Virus record (IMG/VR): IMGVR_UViG_2660238346_000033
Length of the DNA stretch: 37,514 nt
Direction: 5' to 3' (one strand)
From: a virus
Lineage: Duplodnaviria; Heunggongvirae; Uroviricota; Caudoviricetes
How positions within the stretch are numbered: the stretch's first letter is position 1; each line of letters starts with the position of its first letter. The position numbers and the translations under genes are program-made. This document shows, piece by piece, positions 1-9,498 of this stretch. The notes under the pieces were generated by a model, which was not told where the DNA came from, did no database searches, and was given only the letters and a program-made list of their open reading frames with translations.

Positions 1-549
1 ATGCAATTTAATATCCCTACGTTGCTTACACTGTTCCGTGTCATCCTTATCCCATTCTTTGTATTGGTCTTTTATCTGCCTGTCACCTGGTCGCCGTTTG
101 CCGCCGCGTTCATTTTCTGCGTCGCGGCGGTGACTGACTGGTTCGATGGTTTTCTGGCACGCCGCTGGAATCAGAGTACCCGGTTTGGTGCTTTCCTTGA
201 CCCTGTCGCAGATAAAGTTCTCGTGGCTATCGCCATGGTGCTGGTAACCGAGCATTACCACAGCTGGTGGGTGACCTTACCGGCAGCAACGATGATCGCC
301 CGTGAAATTATTATTTCTGCGCTACGCGAATGGATGGCGGAGTTGGGTAAACGCAGTAGCGTGGCTGTCTCCTGGATTGGGAAAGTGAAAACCACTGCCC
401 AGATGGTGGCGTTAGCCTGGCTGCTGTGGCGTCCGAACATTTGGGTTGAGTACGCCGGTATTGCACTTTTCTTTGTGGCTGCGGTACTGACTCTGTGGTC
501 AATGTTGCAATATTTGAGCGCTGCGCGTGCAGATTTGCTTGATCAGTGA
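1..549 (+). CDS. pgsA: CDP-diacylglycerol--glycerol-3-phosphate 3-phosphatidyltransferase (phosphatidylglycerophosphate synthase)
   Basis: 182-aa [23 protein letters not shown]... recognised as full-length enterobacterial PgsA; followed by the Gly-Cys-Leu tRNA cluster as in E. coli. Confidence 0.95.
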   Translation: MQFNIPTLLTLFRVILIPFFVLVFYLPVTWSPFAAAFIFCVAAVTDWFDGFLARRWNQSTRFGAFLDPVADKVLVAIAMVLVTEHYHSWWVTLPAATMIAREIIISALREWMAELGKRSSVAVSWIGKVKTTAQMVALAWLLWRPNIWVEYAGIALFFVAAVLTLWSMLQYLSAARADLLDQ

Positions 550-700
550 TCGTTTCGGCGCAATTTTCAGCAAACGATCAAAAGTGGTGAAAAATATCGT
601 TGACTCATCGCGCCAGGTAAGTAGAATGCAACGCATCGAACGGCGGCACTGATTGCCAGACGATAATAAAATCAAGTGATTAACTGATTGCTTGATGAAT

Positions 701-776
<76 letters not shown>

Positions 777-829
777 GTTTAAAAGACATCGGCGGCAGCG
801 GATGTCTGGCTGAAAGGCCTGAAGAATTT

Positions 830-903
830 GGCGCGTTAACAAAGCGGTTATGTAGCGGATTGCAAATCCGTCTAGTCCGGTTCGACTCCGGAACGCGCCT
901 CCA
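830..903 (+). tRNA. cysT: tRNA-Cys (anticodon GCA)
   Basis: 74-nt sequence GGCGCGTTAACAAAGCGGTTATGTAGCGGATTGCAAATCCGTCTAGTCCGGTTCGACTCCGGAACGCGCCTCCA read directly. Confidence 0.95.
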
Positions 904-915
904 CTTTCTTCCCGA

Positions 916-1002
916 GCCCGGATGGTGGAATCGGTAGACACAAGGGATTTAAAATCCCTCGGCGTTCGCGCTGTGCGGGTTCAAGTCCCGCTCCGGGTAC
1001 CA
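916..1002 (+). tRNA. leuZ: tRNA-Leu (anticodon UAA), long variable arm
   Basis: 87-nt sequence GCCCGGATGGTGGAATCGGTAGACACAAGGGATTTAAAATCCC...GGGTACCA read directly. Confidence 0.95.
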
Positions 1003-1046
1003 TGGGAAAGATAAGAATAAAATCAAAGCAATAAGCAGTGTCGTGA

Positions 1047-1069
1047 AACCACCTTCGGGTGGTTTTTTT
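1047..1069 (+). terminator. rho-independent terminator of the tRNA operon
   Basis: AACCACC-TTCG-GGTGGTT hairpin followed by T-run. Confidence 0.7.
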
Positions 1070-1154
1070 GTATTTGTATTTTGTGCAATGGCGGTTGAGT
1101 GGCGATGGTGTGGCGATATGCAGAAACAATGGTAGTGCACGTGCTGTTTAAACT

Positions 1155-1259
1155 CTAAGGATGAAGCAGAATTCTTCTGCAGCTCCTCCGTATTTCGCAT
1201 AGTGAACCAGGACCTCTGTTAAACAAAAATTTTTCTGGGATTTTTCCACTCGACTTCAT
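1155..1259 (-). pseudogene. hok-like remnant (34-codon ORF retaining the GSLCEIR motif but lacking the N-terminal transmembrane segment)
   Basis: DNA segment 1182-1210 is an imperfect direct repeat (about 24/29 nt) of the SLCEIR-coding part of the hok-like gene at 2011-2151; translation MKSSGKIPEKFLFNRGPGSLCEIRRSCRRILLHP; AGGAGG upstream of ATG. Confidence 0.35.
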
Positions 1260-1540
1260 TTTTCCTCCTGCAATCCACCAACAGGTACCTGCGCTAATCT
1301 ATCTTTTTAATCTGACAACATCTTGGGAAAAGGCAAATTCGTCAGATTTACTGTTTTTCTGCTGCCTCGAATGCCGATGTCTGAAGCACTGATAAGAGTT
1401 CTGTCTCTTTGATATAGATCTTTTTTTTGATGAATTGCACGACATATTATCGTTATGACACCTTCTTGTTAAAGGTATTGTACTCCTCATCTCGATTTTA
1501 TGATGTGGGCTATGATTGGTTAGTAATAGAGTGTATCGGT

Positions 1541-1822
1541 ATGCGATGTGGTTTATTAATGGCAATCTGCCTTTGTTTAGTATCTTTTAGCGGATATGCA
1601 GCAACAGGAAAGTCTGATGCTCAGATCAAAAAAGAAATAATTAAAGAATCCATTGAATCTTATCCAGGCAATTGTGCGTGTCCTTATAATCATGCAAGGA
1701 ATGGTAGTAGATGTGGTGGACGCAGTGCATATAGCCGTAATGGAGGGTATGACGTGGTATGTTATGAGGGTGATGTTACCGATGAAAGGATCCGGCAATG
1801 GAAGCAGGAGAATGCTGAGTAA
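1541..1822 (+). CDS. small secreted cysteine-rich protein of unknown function (AT-rich cargo gene)
   Basis: ORF with signal-peptide-like N-terminus MRCGLLMAICLCLVSFSGYAA, then a Cys-rich mature part (YPGNCACPY...CGGRSAYSRNGGYDVVCY); much lower GC than the flanks; start may be the ATG at 1559. Confidence 0.5.
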   Translation: MRCGLLMAICLCLVSFSGYAATGKSDAQIKKEIIKESIESYPGNCACPYNHARNGSRCGGRSAYSRNGGYDVVCYEGDVTDERIRQWKQENAE

Positions 1823-1896
1823 TCTCTTTTAACAGGTTTGTTGTGCGAGCATTATGTGCCGTTAACGGTACACTAGCTAGTGATAGTTCCAAAAAG

Positions 1897-1928
1897 AAAA
1901 CCCGCAGTTCTTACGCTGCGGGTTTGTT
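1897..1928. terminator. bidirectional rho-independent terminator
   Basis: CCCGCAG-loop-CTGCGGG hairpin flanked by an A-run upstream and a T-rich run downstream; lies between the convergent secreted-protein gene and the hok-like gene. Confidence 0.6.
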
Positions 1929-2010
1929 GTTCATGTCTGTGAGATAGGGTGCCACTTCAGCCAACCTTAGCAACCGATTGACGGGGGATTGCTCCCCCGT
2001 CGCGGTTTCC

Positions 2011-2151
2011 TTACTGCTTACACTGTAAGAACGCCGCAAACTCCGCTCCCCAGAAGCTCATCCGTATTTCACACAGCGAACCGTGTAGCATCCAGATGAT
2101 GAGGATTACCGTCACGCAGAACGTGATGGCCGTAAGCGATTTTTGCGACAT
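2011..2151 (-). CDS. Hok/Gef-family type I toxin (small membrane peptide, 46 aa)
   Basis: Translation MSQKSLTAITFCVTVILIIWMLHGSLCEIRMSFWGAEFAAFLQCKQ: hydrophobic helix followed by the SLCEIR...EFAAF signature of Hok proteins; AAGGAG RBS; below the ORF-track size cutoff. Confidence 0.7.
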   Translation of the reverse strand: MSQKSLTAITFCVTVILIIWMLHGSLCEIRMSFWGAEFAAFLQCKQ

Positions 2152-2342
2152 AGCGCTTGCTCCTTTGTTGGAGAGGCGCTAACCTATCACTTGCTTAAGG
2201 TAGATATGTTAGGGCCTCGGTTAAACAGAAATGTTTTCCGGGGCCTTTCCACATCTGGCCTTCGGGTATTCCCTCCGACCATCAGCCGAAAGGCACCCGC
2301 GCGTAATCTATCGCTTTTTTGTTACTCCGGCAATTCTGCCTG

Positions 2343-2603
2343 TTAATTCTGAGGTAAAGGCAAACTCATCTGATTGTTTCCCCTGTGTGAAGCTGGCAGC
2401 TCATGCCACGGGATACCTTCTGAAGAGTGAACGCCGGAGGTGTGTTTTGATGTGAATTTATGGAAAGCTTCCAGTGTTGAGAAGCATACGCCGCATTCCA
2501 GGTTGTTACACTGGTAATACTTTTGCCGCACGGTGTTTGAATCATTTTCAGGACGACTGGTGCGGATACGGGCAGATGCGCCACAAAGCGGACAACGGAA
2601 CAT
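2343..2603 (-). CDS. ogr: Ogr/Delta-type zinc-finger late-gene transcriptional activator
   Basis: MFRCPLCGASARIRTSR...YYQCNNLECGVCF: CxxC...CxxC arrangement like P2 Ogr; AGGGAGG RBS; sits next to gene D as in P2. Confidence 0.8.
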   Translation of the reverse strand: MFRCPLCGASARIRTSRPENDSNTVRQKYYQCNNLECGVCFSTLEAFHKFTSKHTSGVHSSEGIPWHELPASHRGNNQMSLPLPQN

Positions 2604-2645
2604 AGCGACCTCCCTTAACGTGGTGCTGCTGCTATTCTAAGTTGC

Positions 2646-3755
2646 TCACTCTGTTTCTGCTATCCATTCCGAGATTTTTGCCTCAAGCTCAAGCTGCGTG
2701 GTAAAGCCGCTGTTATCGATGGTGTGCTCGGCTTTTGCAATAATCCAGTCCTGATTATCAATCTCGCTTTTAAATCCTGTTACCGTGCCATGCATTTCGG
2801 GGTAGAGTTCTGCACGACCACATGCCAGCGTGATGGAGAATGATGCGGCTCCGCGTTGTAGCTGCTGCCACTTTGCCGCCGCTGCGCGTCTTGCTGCCTG
2901 CTCGTTCTGATAAGTCTTGCGTAACACAAACACATTGCCTTCCGCGCCTTCCATATAATCACCTTCACGGCTGCTGCTTTTCTCCTTTTTGGGTTTTGGC
3001 GGTTTGCGGTGTTTCACGCTGACTTTTTTCTTTTTCCCGTAATTAAGATCAAGCCAGTAAGCGCGTACCCCCGTATACGCTTCGCGGTCAGCAATGCGGA
3101 ACTGATGGCGATCGCCACTGCTGCGCGTGATGGCGAACGATGGCAACGGCTGGCCCTGTGCGTTCACGCCACCGCCTGGCATAATGAATAACAGATTACC
3201 GCTTTTTACCGTGGTGATTGCGCCCAGCATTTCCGCCATGCGCGTAAGGAAGGACATGTCGCTTTCTTCGGTCTGGTCGGCGTGGTCGATTTCGATATCC
3301 ATCAGCATTTCGCTGATTTGCGGTTTCAGACCATACCGATGAGCGATGGCGGATACCACACGCTCAACGGTCACATCATGCCAGGACACCTCACGTTTAA
3401 CGTTAAATTCATCCCGAAAATCTGCGCTTCTGGCTGAAACAGTCAGCCTGTCCGGCGGTCCTTCGTGAGCGATTTCATCAACAATGTAAGTGCCTTTTTC
3501 TGTCAGCGGTTCTCCTTTCCAGCCAATGAGAACCGTCAGGCGCGCGCCCCGTGGCGGTAGCTGCAACTGACCATCCGCATCATCCAGCGTGATGGTGAGC
3601 TGGTCCGCGTCAAATCCCCGGTTGTCGGTCAGTGACAGGCTCATCAGGCGCTCTGCCACGCCTGACAGCGTTTTACCCTCCGCGAGAATATCAAAATCCG
3701 GCATTTTCACGGGGTCTGTGCCCTGACTGAGCAATTGCATGGTGGTATCGGTCAT
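2646..3755 (-). CDS. D: P2 gpD-like tail protein (late control gene D)
   Basis: MTDTTMQLLSQGTDPVKMPDFDILAEGKTLSGVAERLMSLSLTDNRGF... matches the gpD family along its length; start placed at the internal ATG with GGGAGGG RBS (ORF track extends to 3887). Confidence 0.85.
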   Translation of the reverse strand: MTDTTMQLLSQGTDPVKMPDFDILAEGKTLSGVAERLMSLSLTDNRGFDADQLTITLDDADGQLQLPPRGARLTVLIGWKGEPLTEKGTYIVDEIAHEGPPDRLTVSARSADFRDEFNVKREVSWHDVTVERVVSAIAHRYGLKPQISEMLMDIEIDHADQTEESDMSFLTRMAEMLGAITTVKSGNLLFIMPGGGVNAQGQPLPSFAITRSSGDRHQFRIADREAYTGVRAYWLDLNYGKKKKVSVKHRKPPKPKKEKSSSREGDYMEGAEGNVFVLRKTYQNEQAARRAAAAKWQQLQRGAASFSITLACGRAELYPEMHGTVTGFKSEIDNQDWIIAKAEHTIDNSGFTTQLELEAKISEWIAETE

Positions 3756-3912
3756 CTGTTCCCTCCCTGTGCGGCATGGTCGCATGTGCGTGCGGAGGGG
3801 GTTACTGCTTTTTGTTGTCGCCGGGTCGGGAGAACGGCGCAGGGGTGAGATTACGCGCGTGGTGGGTGATGATTGTTGCCGAATCATTTAACGGATACAA
3901 GGGGCTAAAGCT

Positions 3913-5097
3913 ATGAGTGAAACTCGTTTTCATGGTGCCCGTGTTACGGAAAGTACCGACCTGGTAACAGCGATTAACGATGTTGATTCCAGCGTTATCG
4001 GTATCGTGGCAACGGCGGATGATGCGGACGCGAAGCTGTTCCCGCTGAACAAGCCCACACTGCTGACCCGCGTCAATGACGTGCTGGGAAAATGCGGGAC
4101 AACGGGGACGCTTTATCGTGCGCTTAAGGCCATCGCAGACCAGGTGAGCACAAAGGTGATCGTCGTTCGCGTGGCTGAACACAAAGAAGAAAACGGAAAG
4201 ACGCAGGATCAACTGGTTATCGGTGGTTCTGAATCTGACGGCAGCTATACGGGGATGTATGCGCTGCTTGTTGCAGAGCAGGATGAAAGCATCGGATACC
4301 GTCCGCGTATTCTGGCCGCGCCGGAGCTGGACACGGAGGCGGTGACAAAATCCCTGTGCGTGATTGCGGGTAAACTGCGCGCGTTTGTGTATGCCACATG
4401 TCATGGTTGTAACACGATGGCTGAGGCGATTACCTACCGCCAGAAATTCAACGAACGTGAGGTGATGCTCTTATGGCCGGACTTCATCGCCTACAACCCG
4501 AAAAGTGGCAAAAACGAAACGTTCCCCGCGCCTGCTTATGCGTGCGGCCTTCGTGCGTACATTGACCATGAGCAGGGCTGGCACAAATCGCTGTCCAACG
4601 TTCCGGTTAAAAATGTGCTGGGGATGTCGAGGCATGTGTTCTGGTCGTTACAGGCCGAAGACAGTGATGCCAACAGCCTCAACAACAAAGAAATCACGAC
4701 CATTATTCGTCGTAACGGGTTCCGCTTCTGGGGCAACCGCACACCGGAAACGAACGCCTACATCTTTGAGGTGTATACCCGAACCGCACAGGTGCTGGCT
4801 GATTCAATTGCGGAAGCGCAGTTTGAAACCATCGACAGTCCACTGACACCTGCGAACGTGAAGGATGTTATCAGCGCCATCAGAGCAAAACTGGATTCGC
4901 TGGTTACTGTCGGGAAACTGATTGGTGCGGAGTGCTGGTATGACGTGGTGGATAACAGCACCACGGGTTTACGTCAGGGGCGTGTGCGTATTCGCTACAA
5001 ATATACGCCCGTTCCTCCGCTGGAAGACATGGAGCTTTACCAGTCGTTTACTGATGAATTCTTTGGTCCCGCATTTGCGGTGCTGGGAGGTGCCTGA
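3913..5097 (+). CDS. FI: contractile tail sheath protein (P2 gpFI-like)
   Basis: 394-aa ORF MSETRFHGARVTESTDLVTAIND... typical of P2-family sheath proteins; stop overlaps FII start. Confidence 0.9.
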   Translation: MSETRFHGARVTESTDLVTAINDVDSSVIGIVATADDADAKLFPLNKPTLLTRVNDVLGKCGTTGTLYRALKAIADQVSTKVIVVRVAEHKEENGKTQDQLVIGGSESDGSYTGMYALLVAEQDESIGYRPRILAAPELDTEAVTKSLCVIAGKLRAFVYATCHGCNTMAEAITYRQKFNEREVMLLWPDFIAYNPKSGKNETFPAPAYACGLRAYIDHEQGWHKSLSNVPVKNVLGMSRHVFWSLQAEDSDANSLNNKEITTIIRRNGFRFWGNRTPETNAYIFEVYTRTAQVLADSIAEAQFETIDSPLTPANVKDVISAIRAKLDSLVTVGKLIGAECWYDVVDNSTTGLRQGRVRIRYKYTPVPPLEDMELYQSFTDEFFGPAFAVLGGA

Positions 5098-5609
5098 TGG
5101 CTGTACCAAAACATCTTCGCTTTTTTACGTTGTTTGTGGATGGTGAAAACGAAGTGGGTAAAGTGACATCCGTCACGCCACCCAAACTGACGCGCAAAAC
5201 CGACAGCTATCGTGGTGGTGGCATGATGGGGGCGGTAAGTATTGATCTCGGTCTGGACGACTCCGCGCTTGATGCGAGTTTTGTCATGGGGGGAGCTGTT
5301 CGTGCGCTGTTCCTTAAATATGGCGGCACGATTGACGGCACGCTGCTGCGTTTTGCGGGTGAATACTACACCGATGCAGAAAGCGATCTGTATGAAATCG
5401 AGATGCGCGGGCGTCTGACGGAAATTGATATGGGGGAAGCCAAACAGGGCGAAGCCACATCACACACTTACGCTGTCAAAAACACCTACTACAAGCTGAT
5501 CGTTAACGATCGCCCGCTGTGGGAAATCGACCTGTTGAACCACATCTACCGGAAGGACGGCAAGGACATTGTGCCTGACCGTATCCGTTCCGCGCTTGGG
5601 CTTGGCTGA
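5097..5609 (+). CDS. FII: tail tube protein (P2 gpFII-like)
   Basis: 170-aa ORF immediately after the sheath gene, ATG overlapping the FI stop. Confidence 0.9.
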   Translation: MAVPKHLRFFTLFVDGENEVGKVTSVTPPKLTRKTDSYRGGGMMGAVSIDLGLDDSALDASFVMGGAVRALFLKYGGTIDGTLLRFAGEYYTDAESDLYEIEMRGRLTEIDMGEAKQGEATSHTYAVKNTYYKLIVNDRPLWEIDLLNHIYRKDGKDIVPDRIRSALGLG

Positions 5610-5664
5610 TAAGTAATATGCAGGCGGCGCAGTGCGTCGCCTTTGACTGAAAAGGAGACAACTG

Positions 5665-6039
5665 ATGAAAGACATCGATACTGAAACCCGGAATAACACC
5701 GTGGCGGATGATGTGACGGCAGGTGAGGATATGGCTGTCGAACGTGGCGTAAAACTGACCCGACCAATTGAGCGTGGTGGCGAAAAAATCACGTATGTGG
5801 AGATCACCGGGGCTATTGAGCAGGCTGGATCCCTGCGTGGTCTGTCGCTGTCTGATGTGCTGAATCTGAAAGCGGATACCATGTTTACGCTGTTGCCTCG
5901 CGTGACCTCGCCACGACTGGATGAAGTGATGATTAAAAAAATGTCGTCACGCGATTTTATTCAGTTGTGCGCAGTGGCTGTAAATTTTATGAGCGAGCCA
6001 GACTCTGGCGCGAAGAGCGTGCAGGAGACGGCAGCGTAA
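5665..6039 (+). CDS. E: tail assembly chaperone (P2 gpE-like)
   Basis: Position between tube and tape-measure genes; overlapped by a -1 frame ORF lacking its own start, as in P2 E/E+E'. Confidence 0.7.
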   Translation: MKDIDTETRNNTVADDVTAGEDMAVERGVKLTRPIERGGEKITYVEITGAIEQAGSLRGLSLSDVLNLKADTMFTLLPRVTSPRLDEVMIKKMSSRDFIQLCAVAVNFMSEPDSGAKSVQETAA

Positions 6040-6203
6040 TCACCCTGGTGTGCTTTGAGCACATCGAAGATCTGGTGGCGGATATTGCCGCCATTTTTAA
6101 CTGGTCGCCCGCCGAAATCTTCATGATGACGCCCGGCGAAGTGGTTAGCTGGCGCGAGCGGGCGGCACTTCGCAGCGGGAATGCAGATAATGAAGACTCT
6201 TGA
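5937..6203 (+). CDS. E' extension: -1 frame reading frame expressed as an E+E' fusion by programmed frameshift
   Basis: The -1 frame is open from 5937 to 6203, with no ATG or RBS; candidate slippery heptamers AAAAAAA (5935-5941) and AAATTTT (5982-5988) lie in the overlap; its end overlaps the tape-measure start. Confidence 0.5.
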   Translation, partial: KNVVTRFYSVVRSGCKFYERARLWREERAGDGSVITLVCFEHIEDLVADIAAIFNWSPAEIFMMTPGEVVSWRERAALRSGNADNEDS

Positions 6204-8997
6204 TATCCGGGTCGCTTTCAGCGCCGTTGACAGGCTGACCCGGCCTGCCGAAAACGCCCGCCGCCTGATGGGGCAGTTTGGTGACTCCATCCAGCGAACG
6301 CAGGGGGCGATCAAAAATCTCGAGCGTCAGGCGCGTTCATTTGAGCGCGCCCGTGACGCTGTCAGTAAAGCGGATGCTGGCATCGTGAAAGCACGACGCC
6401 AGCTTAACGCCCTTAATCAGTTACAACGCACGGGTACAGTGCTCAGCGAAAAACAACAAAAGCTGATGCAGCAGTTAAGCACCCGGCTTGAACGCCTGAA
6501 TGAATCGCGCACACGGGAAATTCAGAAAATGCGGGAGCTTGGCGGAGAGCTGAAACGCCACGGCATTTCCCTGACAGGCAGCGATAACACCATCCAGCAG
6601 GCCATCAGACGCACCGAACAGTACAACAACCAGCTTGAACGCGAACGGCAGGCGCTTGCGCGTGTAACGCGGGCGCGTGAGCGGTATTCGCGCGCGCAGG
6701 AAACCGCGGGAAAACTGAAAACAGGTGGTGCGCTGGCAATTGGTGCTGCAGCGGCTGGCGGCTATGCTGCCGGGCGTTTTTTGCAGCCTGCGATCGGGTT
6801 CGGCAAAGAGATGTCCCGCGTTCAGGCACTGACGCGAATCGACAAAAACAGCCCGCAGTTTAAGGCGCTGCGTGAGCAGGCGTTAAAACTTGGTTCTGAA
6901 ACACAGTTTACTGCGAGTGATGCCGCCAGTGGGCAGAGCTTTCTGGCAATGGCTGGTTTTACTCCGCAGGCCATTCAGGCCGCATTGCCCGGTGTTCTTA
7001 ATATGGCGCTGGCAGGTGGCGTCGAACTCGGCGAGACGGCTGATATAGGCTCCAATATCCTCACACAGTTCAACCTGACAGCCGATCAAATGGACCGGGT
7101 TGGCGATACGCTGACAGCAGCATTCACCCGGACCAATACTGATTTACGCGCGCTGGGCGAAACCATGAAGTATACCGGTCCGGTTGCCGCAAAACTTGGT
7201 ATCAGTCTTGAAGAAGCGGCGGCCATGGCCGGGATGCTTGCCAATAATGGTCTTCGCGGAAGCGATGCTGGTACGGCCATGCGCGCAAGTCTGTCCCGCC
7301 TTGCATCACCGCCAAAAGCTGCGGCTGATGCACTGAAAGAGCTGGGGGTGTCAGTTGCTGACGCCAGAGGCAAAATGCGCCCGATGGAGGATGTGCTGCT
7401 TGATCTCTATAAGGCGACACAAAAATACGGACAGGTGGACCAGGTCTCCTTCTTCAAGGACATCGCCGGAGAAGAGGCGTTCGTTGGTTTGCAGACGCTT
7501 GTTGCGGCGGCTGGTTCAGGAGAACTGCAAAAACTGACCAGAGAATTGCAGGGGGCAAGGGGAGAGGCCGATCGCGTTGCAAAAGTAATGGCCGATAATC
7601 TTGATGGAGACCTGAAAAATCTCGACAGCGCATGGGAAGGTCTTCGTATTCGCATCAGTGATCTGGTTGACGGTCCGCTGCGTTCTGTCACGCAGTGGCT
7701 CACGCGGGTGCTTGAAAAAATCACCTCGCTGGCGCAGGCCCATCCGGTACTGACGCGCCAGCTACTGATAGCAGGCGGTGCGTTGCTGGCAATGACTGCA
7801 ACGATTGGCTCGTTGTCGCTGGTTATTGGGGTGCTTTACGGGAAGCTGGCCACCTTGCGTCTTGGTTTCGACATTCTTACCCGGTCAATGAATGTCATCA
7901 GGGTGTTGCCTGCGCTGTGGGGAATGGTGACGGGTTCTGTTTCTTTGCTGGGTGGTGCTATCGGGGCGCTGTTCAGTCCGGTTGGTCTTATCGTGGCTGC
8001 GCTTGCCGGAGCTGCCGTTCTTATCTGGAAATACTGGGATCCCATCAGGGCATTTTTTGCCGGGGTGTTCAGCGGGATTATGGAAAGGCTGACCCCGTTG
8101 CGTGAAACCTTTGAACGGTTTGGCCCTGTTTTTGACGCAATCGGAAGCGGGATCAGCCTGGTGTTTAACTGGTTTAAATCGCTGTTGTCACCGATGGAGT
8201 CCAGCAAGGAAACGCTGGATAAATGCACCAGTGCTGGCGAGATATTCGGTAACGTTCTTGGCGGTGCGTTACAACTTGTTCTGACGCCTGCAAAAATGCT
8301 ACTGGATACGCTGGCGTGGATACTTGAAAAACTTGGCGTCCTTCCGGATGAAGCGGAAAGGGCGCGCAAGAAAATCGAAGACGCACAGCGTGCGGCCATT
8401 CTTCAGGACAAGGTTGCCTTGCTTCAGGGGGACCTGGCGAAAATCAATCCGCCGAAGCCTGTGGAAAATGGCAATGGCACCGGAGGTGATAAACCCAAAG
8501 ACAACAAACCGCTCACAGACAGCAATACCGGTACGCTACGCAGACTCAGCAAAATTGCTGATAACACAGGTAAGCTGGTTGATGAGACGAAAAAACGCAT
8601 TGGCCCCGGCGATATTGTCTTTAAGAATCTGCCCCGCGCACTTGCTGTTCGTGGGGAGTGGCAGGAGCGGAAGATTGCGCAGGTCAGTAAGCCTGCTTCC
8701 GCAATCAACATCACACCCGTGGTCCCGACTCCTCTGCCTCTGGCGCTGGTCCCTGTTGTTGCGGCCAGCTCCCGCCCGGTGGCGGAGGCCATACGATCGC
8801 CAGTGGCATCAGTTCCTGCAACTTCCCGTAACCGGGAGCCTGTTGTCTCCGGATTTGGCGGTGAAATTCATGTTCATCTGCATAACGTTGTTACGCAGAA
8901 TCCCCGCGAACTGGCGAAACTGGTCGGTGAAATGGTCAGGGCAGAATTGGAACGACGCGACCGTGCCGGACGTGGCAGTTTTTACGATAAAGATTGA
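6181..8997 (+). CDS. T: tail tape measure protein (P2 gpT-like)
   Basis: 938-aa ORF with coiled-coil-rich N-terminal part and central hydrophobic/Gly-rich segments; position after E/E'. Confidence 0.9.
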   Translation: MQIMKTLDIRVAFSAVDRLTRPAENARRLMGQFGDSIQRTQGAIKNLERQARSFERARDAVSKADAGIVKARRQLNALNQLQRTGTVLSEKQQKLMQQLSTRLERLNESRTREIQKMRELGGELKRHGISLTGSDNTIQQAIRRTEQYNNQLERERQALARVTRARERYSRAQETAGKLKTGGALAIGAAAAGGYAAGRFLQPAIGFGKEMSRVQALTRIDKNSPQFKALREQALKLGSETQFTASDAASGQSFLAMAGFTPQAIQAALPGVLNMALAGGVELGETADIGSNILTQFNLTADQMDRVGDTLTAAFTRTNTDLRALGETMKYTGPVAAKLGISLEEAAAMAGMLANNGLRGSDAGTAMRASLSRLASPPKAAADALKELGVSVADARGKMRPMEDVLLDLYKATQKYGQVDQVSFFKDIAGEEAFVGLQTLVAAAGSGELQKLTRELQGARGEADRVAKVMADNLDGDLKNLDSAWEGLRIRISDLVDGPLRSVTQWLTRVLEKITSLAQAHPVLTRQLLIAGGALLAMTATIGSLSLVIGVLYGKLATLRLGFDILTRSMNVIRVLPALWGMVTGSVSLLGGAIGALFSPVGLIVAALAGAAVLIWKYWDPIRAFFAGVFSGIMERLTPLRETFERFGPVFDAIGSGISLVFNWFKSLLSPMESSKETLDKCTSAGEIFGNVLGGALQLVLTPAKMLLDTLAWILEKLGVLPDEAERARKKIEDAQRAAILQDKVALLQGDLAKINPPKPVENGNGTGGDKPKDNKPLTDSNTGTLRRLSKIADNTGKLVDETKKRIGPGDIVFKNLPRALAVRGEWQERKIAQVSKPASAINITPVVPTPLPLALVPVVAASSRPVAEAIRSPVASVPATSRNREPVVSGFGGEIHVHLHNVVTQNPRELAKLVGEMVRAELERRDRAGRGSFYDKD

Positions 8998-9003
8998 GGA
9001 GTC

Positions 9004-9498
9004 ATGGCCATGATGATGATCTACGGCATGTTTGTTTTTGAGCTGCGCACATTGCCGCATCAGCAGTTACAGCAAAACAAAAGCTGGCGGTATGTGAAAA
9101 ATGAACGCGTTAACCGTTCAGCAAGCTGGCAGTATATCGGCGCAGGTGATGATCGCATCGTGCTTTCCGGCGTGCTTTATCCTGAAATTACAGGTGGCGA
9201 AGTGTCGCTTTCATTGCTGACCACGCAGGCATATACAGGACGGCCCTGGCCTCTGATTGATGGTGTCGGGCAGATTTACGGCATGTATGTACTGACTGAA
9301 ACGAATACGACCCGTTCCGAGTTTGATCGCTACGGTAAGGCGAAAAAGATAGAATTTTCACTGACTCTTGAACGCTGTGATGAGGATTTGCGGGAGCGCC
9401 TGCAATCCTCATCGTTCAGCGATATGTTGTCCGGCTTCAAAGATAAGGTGACATCATCCCTTAATAGCGCGGCCAGCTCAGTTAAGGGGCTGCTCTGA
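9004..9498 (+). CDS. U: tail protein (P2 gpU-like)
   Basis: MAMMMIYGMFVFELRTLPHQQL... resembles P2 gpU; GAGGA RBS. Confidence 0.85.
   Translation: MAMMMIYGMFVFELRTLPHQQLQQNKSWRYVKNERVNRSASWQYIGAGDDRIVLSGVLYPEITGGEVSLSLLTTQAYTGRPWPLIDGVGQIYGMYVLTETNTTRSEFDRYGKAKKIEFSLTLERCDEDLRERLQSSSFSDMLSGFKDKVTSSLNSAASSVKGLL

Noticed and set aside
3780-3912. Ogr-dependent late promoter motif (TGT-N12-ACA) upstream of FI, and likewise in the O/P divergent region
   Set aside because: Only approximate matches with wrong spacing were found; not called as a specific site.
5967-6203. 78-aa ORF listed as an independent gene
   Set aside because: It has no own start or RBS and is part of the -1 frame opening at 5937; treated as the E' frameshift extension.
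8324-9013. 229-aa plus-strand ORF
   Set aside because: Alternative frame inside the tape-measure gene with Arg-rich low-complexity translation; overlaps the well-supported T and U genes.
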